DNA of 64,000 bases from Chrysemys picta bellii (lineage: Eukaryota). The notes under the pieces are model-generated. The model was not told the DNA's origin and ran no database searches. It saw only the letters and a list, made by a program, of their open reading frames with translations. Below, piece by piece: positions 62,857 to 64,000 of this stretch. The stretch lies in the NCBI RefSeq assembly GCF_011386835.1, contig NC_088814.1, forward strand, positions 806,001 to 870,000, read 5' to 3'. Numbering within the stretch: the first letter of the stretch is position 1; every line of letters begins with the position of its first letter. The position numbers and the translations under genes are program-made.

Positions 62857-64000
62857 CTGATAAGGGAGACAGACATGTCAGCGATGCAGGAAGGAGTCAA
62901 GGTACCAAAGCCCAACCCTGTCCTTCACACAACAGACACTCTTCCCGCTTTCCCTGCCTGGGCTGCCGTTACCCGCTGACAGCAAGGCTCCGGCCTGTTT
63001 GCAAAGTGTGGGGAGAAGCGGCGGTTAAAGGCCTTCCAAGGCACCTGGGAGACAATCGCTGGAGGAAGAATTCTGCTGACTCAGCAACGCCCAGGTTCCC
63101 ATTTCCCCCAGACCGGCTGCGGAGCCGCTGGGCACGATGGGGGCGATGACAGACGACAGGTCTGGCGTCGAGGGGGGGAGCAGCAGAAGGCCATAAGGAA
63201 GGAGGCTCCTGTTCCCATGACAATGCCCCGAGCCATAACCATCCTGCCCTTCTCCTTCCCTTTGACCTATTTCTGCAGGGCCGGACTCCGAGCCCTTCAA
63301 CCCAAGTGGCGGCCCAGGGGTCACCACAGGGCTCCCAGTGGGGCCCATAGGCCGTGAGCTCTATGGGGCGGGGACTGGCTCTGCTGTTTGCGCAGCGCAG
63401 CAGGGCTGCGTCTCAGCTGGGGGGTACCACCGCAATGCATATCGATAATAATAACAGCACAAAGCAGAGGGAAATGGACCAAGGACTCCTGGCTGCCCCG
63501 TCTCTGTTAGGCTTTGGGGTCGTTAGCTGCTCGGCCAAATTCCAGCAAAAAGCCTGGCACAGGCCTGGGGCCGGGCACATTTTCAGCTGTTTATCTGAAG
63601 CCAGATAATTAGAAGCCAACACCCCGTCCCCCCAGCCCCAGCACTGGGCAAGGGAGAAGGGGGGTTCAGAGGGTCCCCTGCTCCCTTTCCCTGCATCAGC
63701 CCCCTCGTCCCTCTGCTGCGCTTGCCCAGTTCCAATCAGACTCTCCCCACCCGGCTCCTCTCTCTGTCGCTCCCTGCCCCTCTCCTGCCCAGCCTGGCAG
63801 CGAGTGAACGCAGGCGGGGACAGGGCTGCCCAGCGACGCCAGAGAGCGCTGCCCTTCCATGGCAAAGAACCACCGGCAGGCACTCTGTGGGCTTTAACCC
63901 CGCGCCTGCTGAGCCAGACCGCAAACCTGTTTTCCCACCTCTGACAACAGAAGCACTTGGTTTCTTACAAGGGAATAACATGGAAACTTCCCAGAGCTGC

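Overview
This is eukaryotic, GC-rich vertebrate genomic DNA, most likely from a turtle judging by its CR1, hAT and Harbinger-like repeat families. It is syntenic to the human 17q21.31 block IFI35-RPL27-RUNDC1-PTGES3L-AARSD1-G6PC1. I rebuilt spliced gene models by hand from splice sites, and all phases are consistent: IFI35 (-, 380 aa), RPL27 (-, 136 aa), RUNDC1 (-, 556 aa), PTGES3L (+, 147 aa), AARSD1 (+, 410 aa), one complete G6PC1-type gene (-, 353 aa), and the last exon of a second tandem G6PC1-type gene. Three features stand out. (1) Downstream of IFI35 lies a >1070-aa gene whose N-terminal half resembles RBM43 and whose C-terminus has a variant RING plus the start of a Deltex C-terminal domain. 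Its promoter carries an 18-bp ISRE identical to the one in the IFI35 promoter, suggesting an interferon-inducible module absent from the human locus. (2) A frameshifted exon-1 relic of a third G6PC gene sits next to AARSD1. It has the mammal/bird-type N-terminus MEAGMNVLHEAGIQ and a still recognisable promoter, which suggests the canonical G6PC1 orthologue is dead here. (3) The two remaining G6PC copies share a 340-bp near-identical tract. Several GC-rich minisatellites, MITEs, MIR-like SINEs and a truncated CR1 are also present. Most long ORFs in the supplied track are repeat or antisense artefacts.
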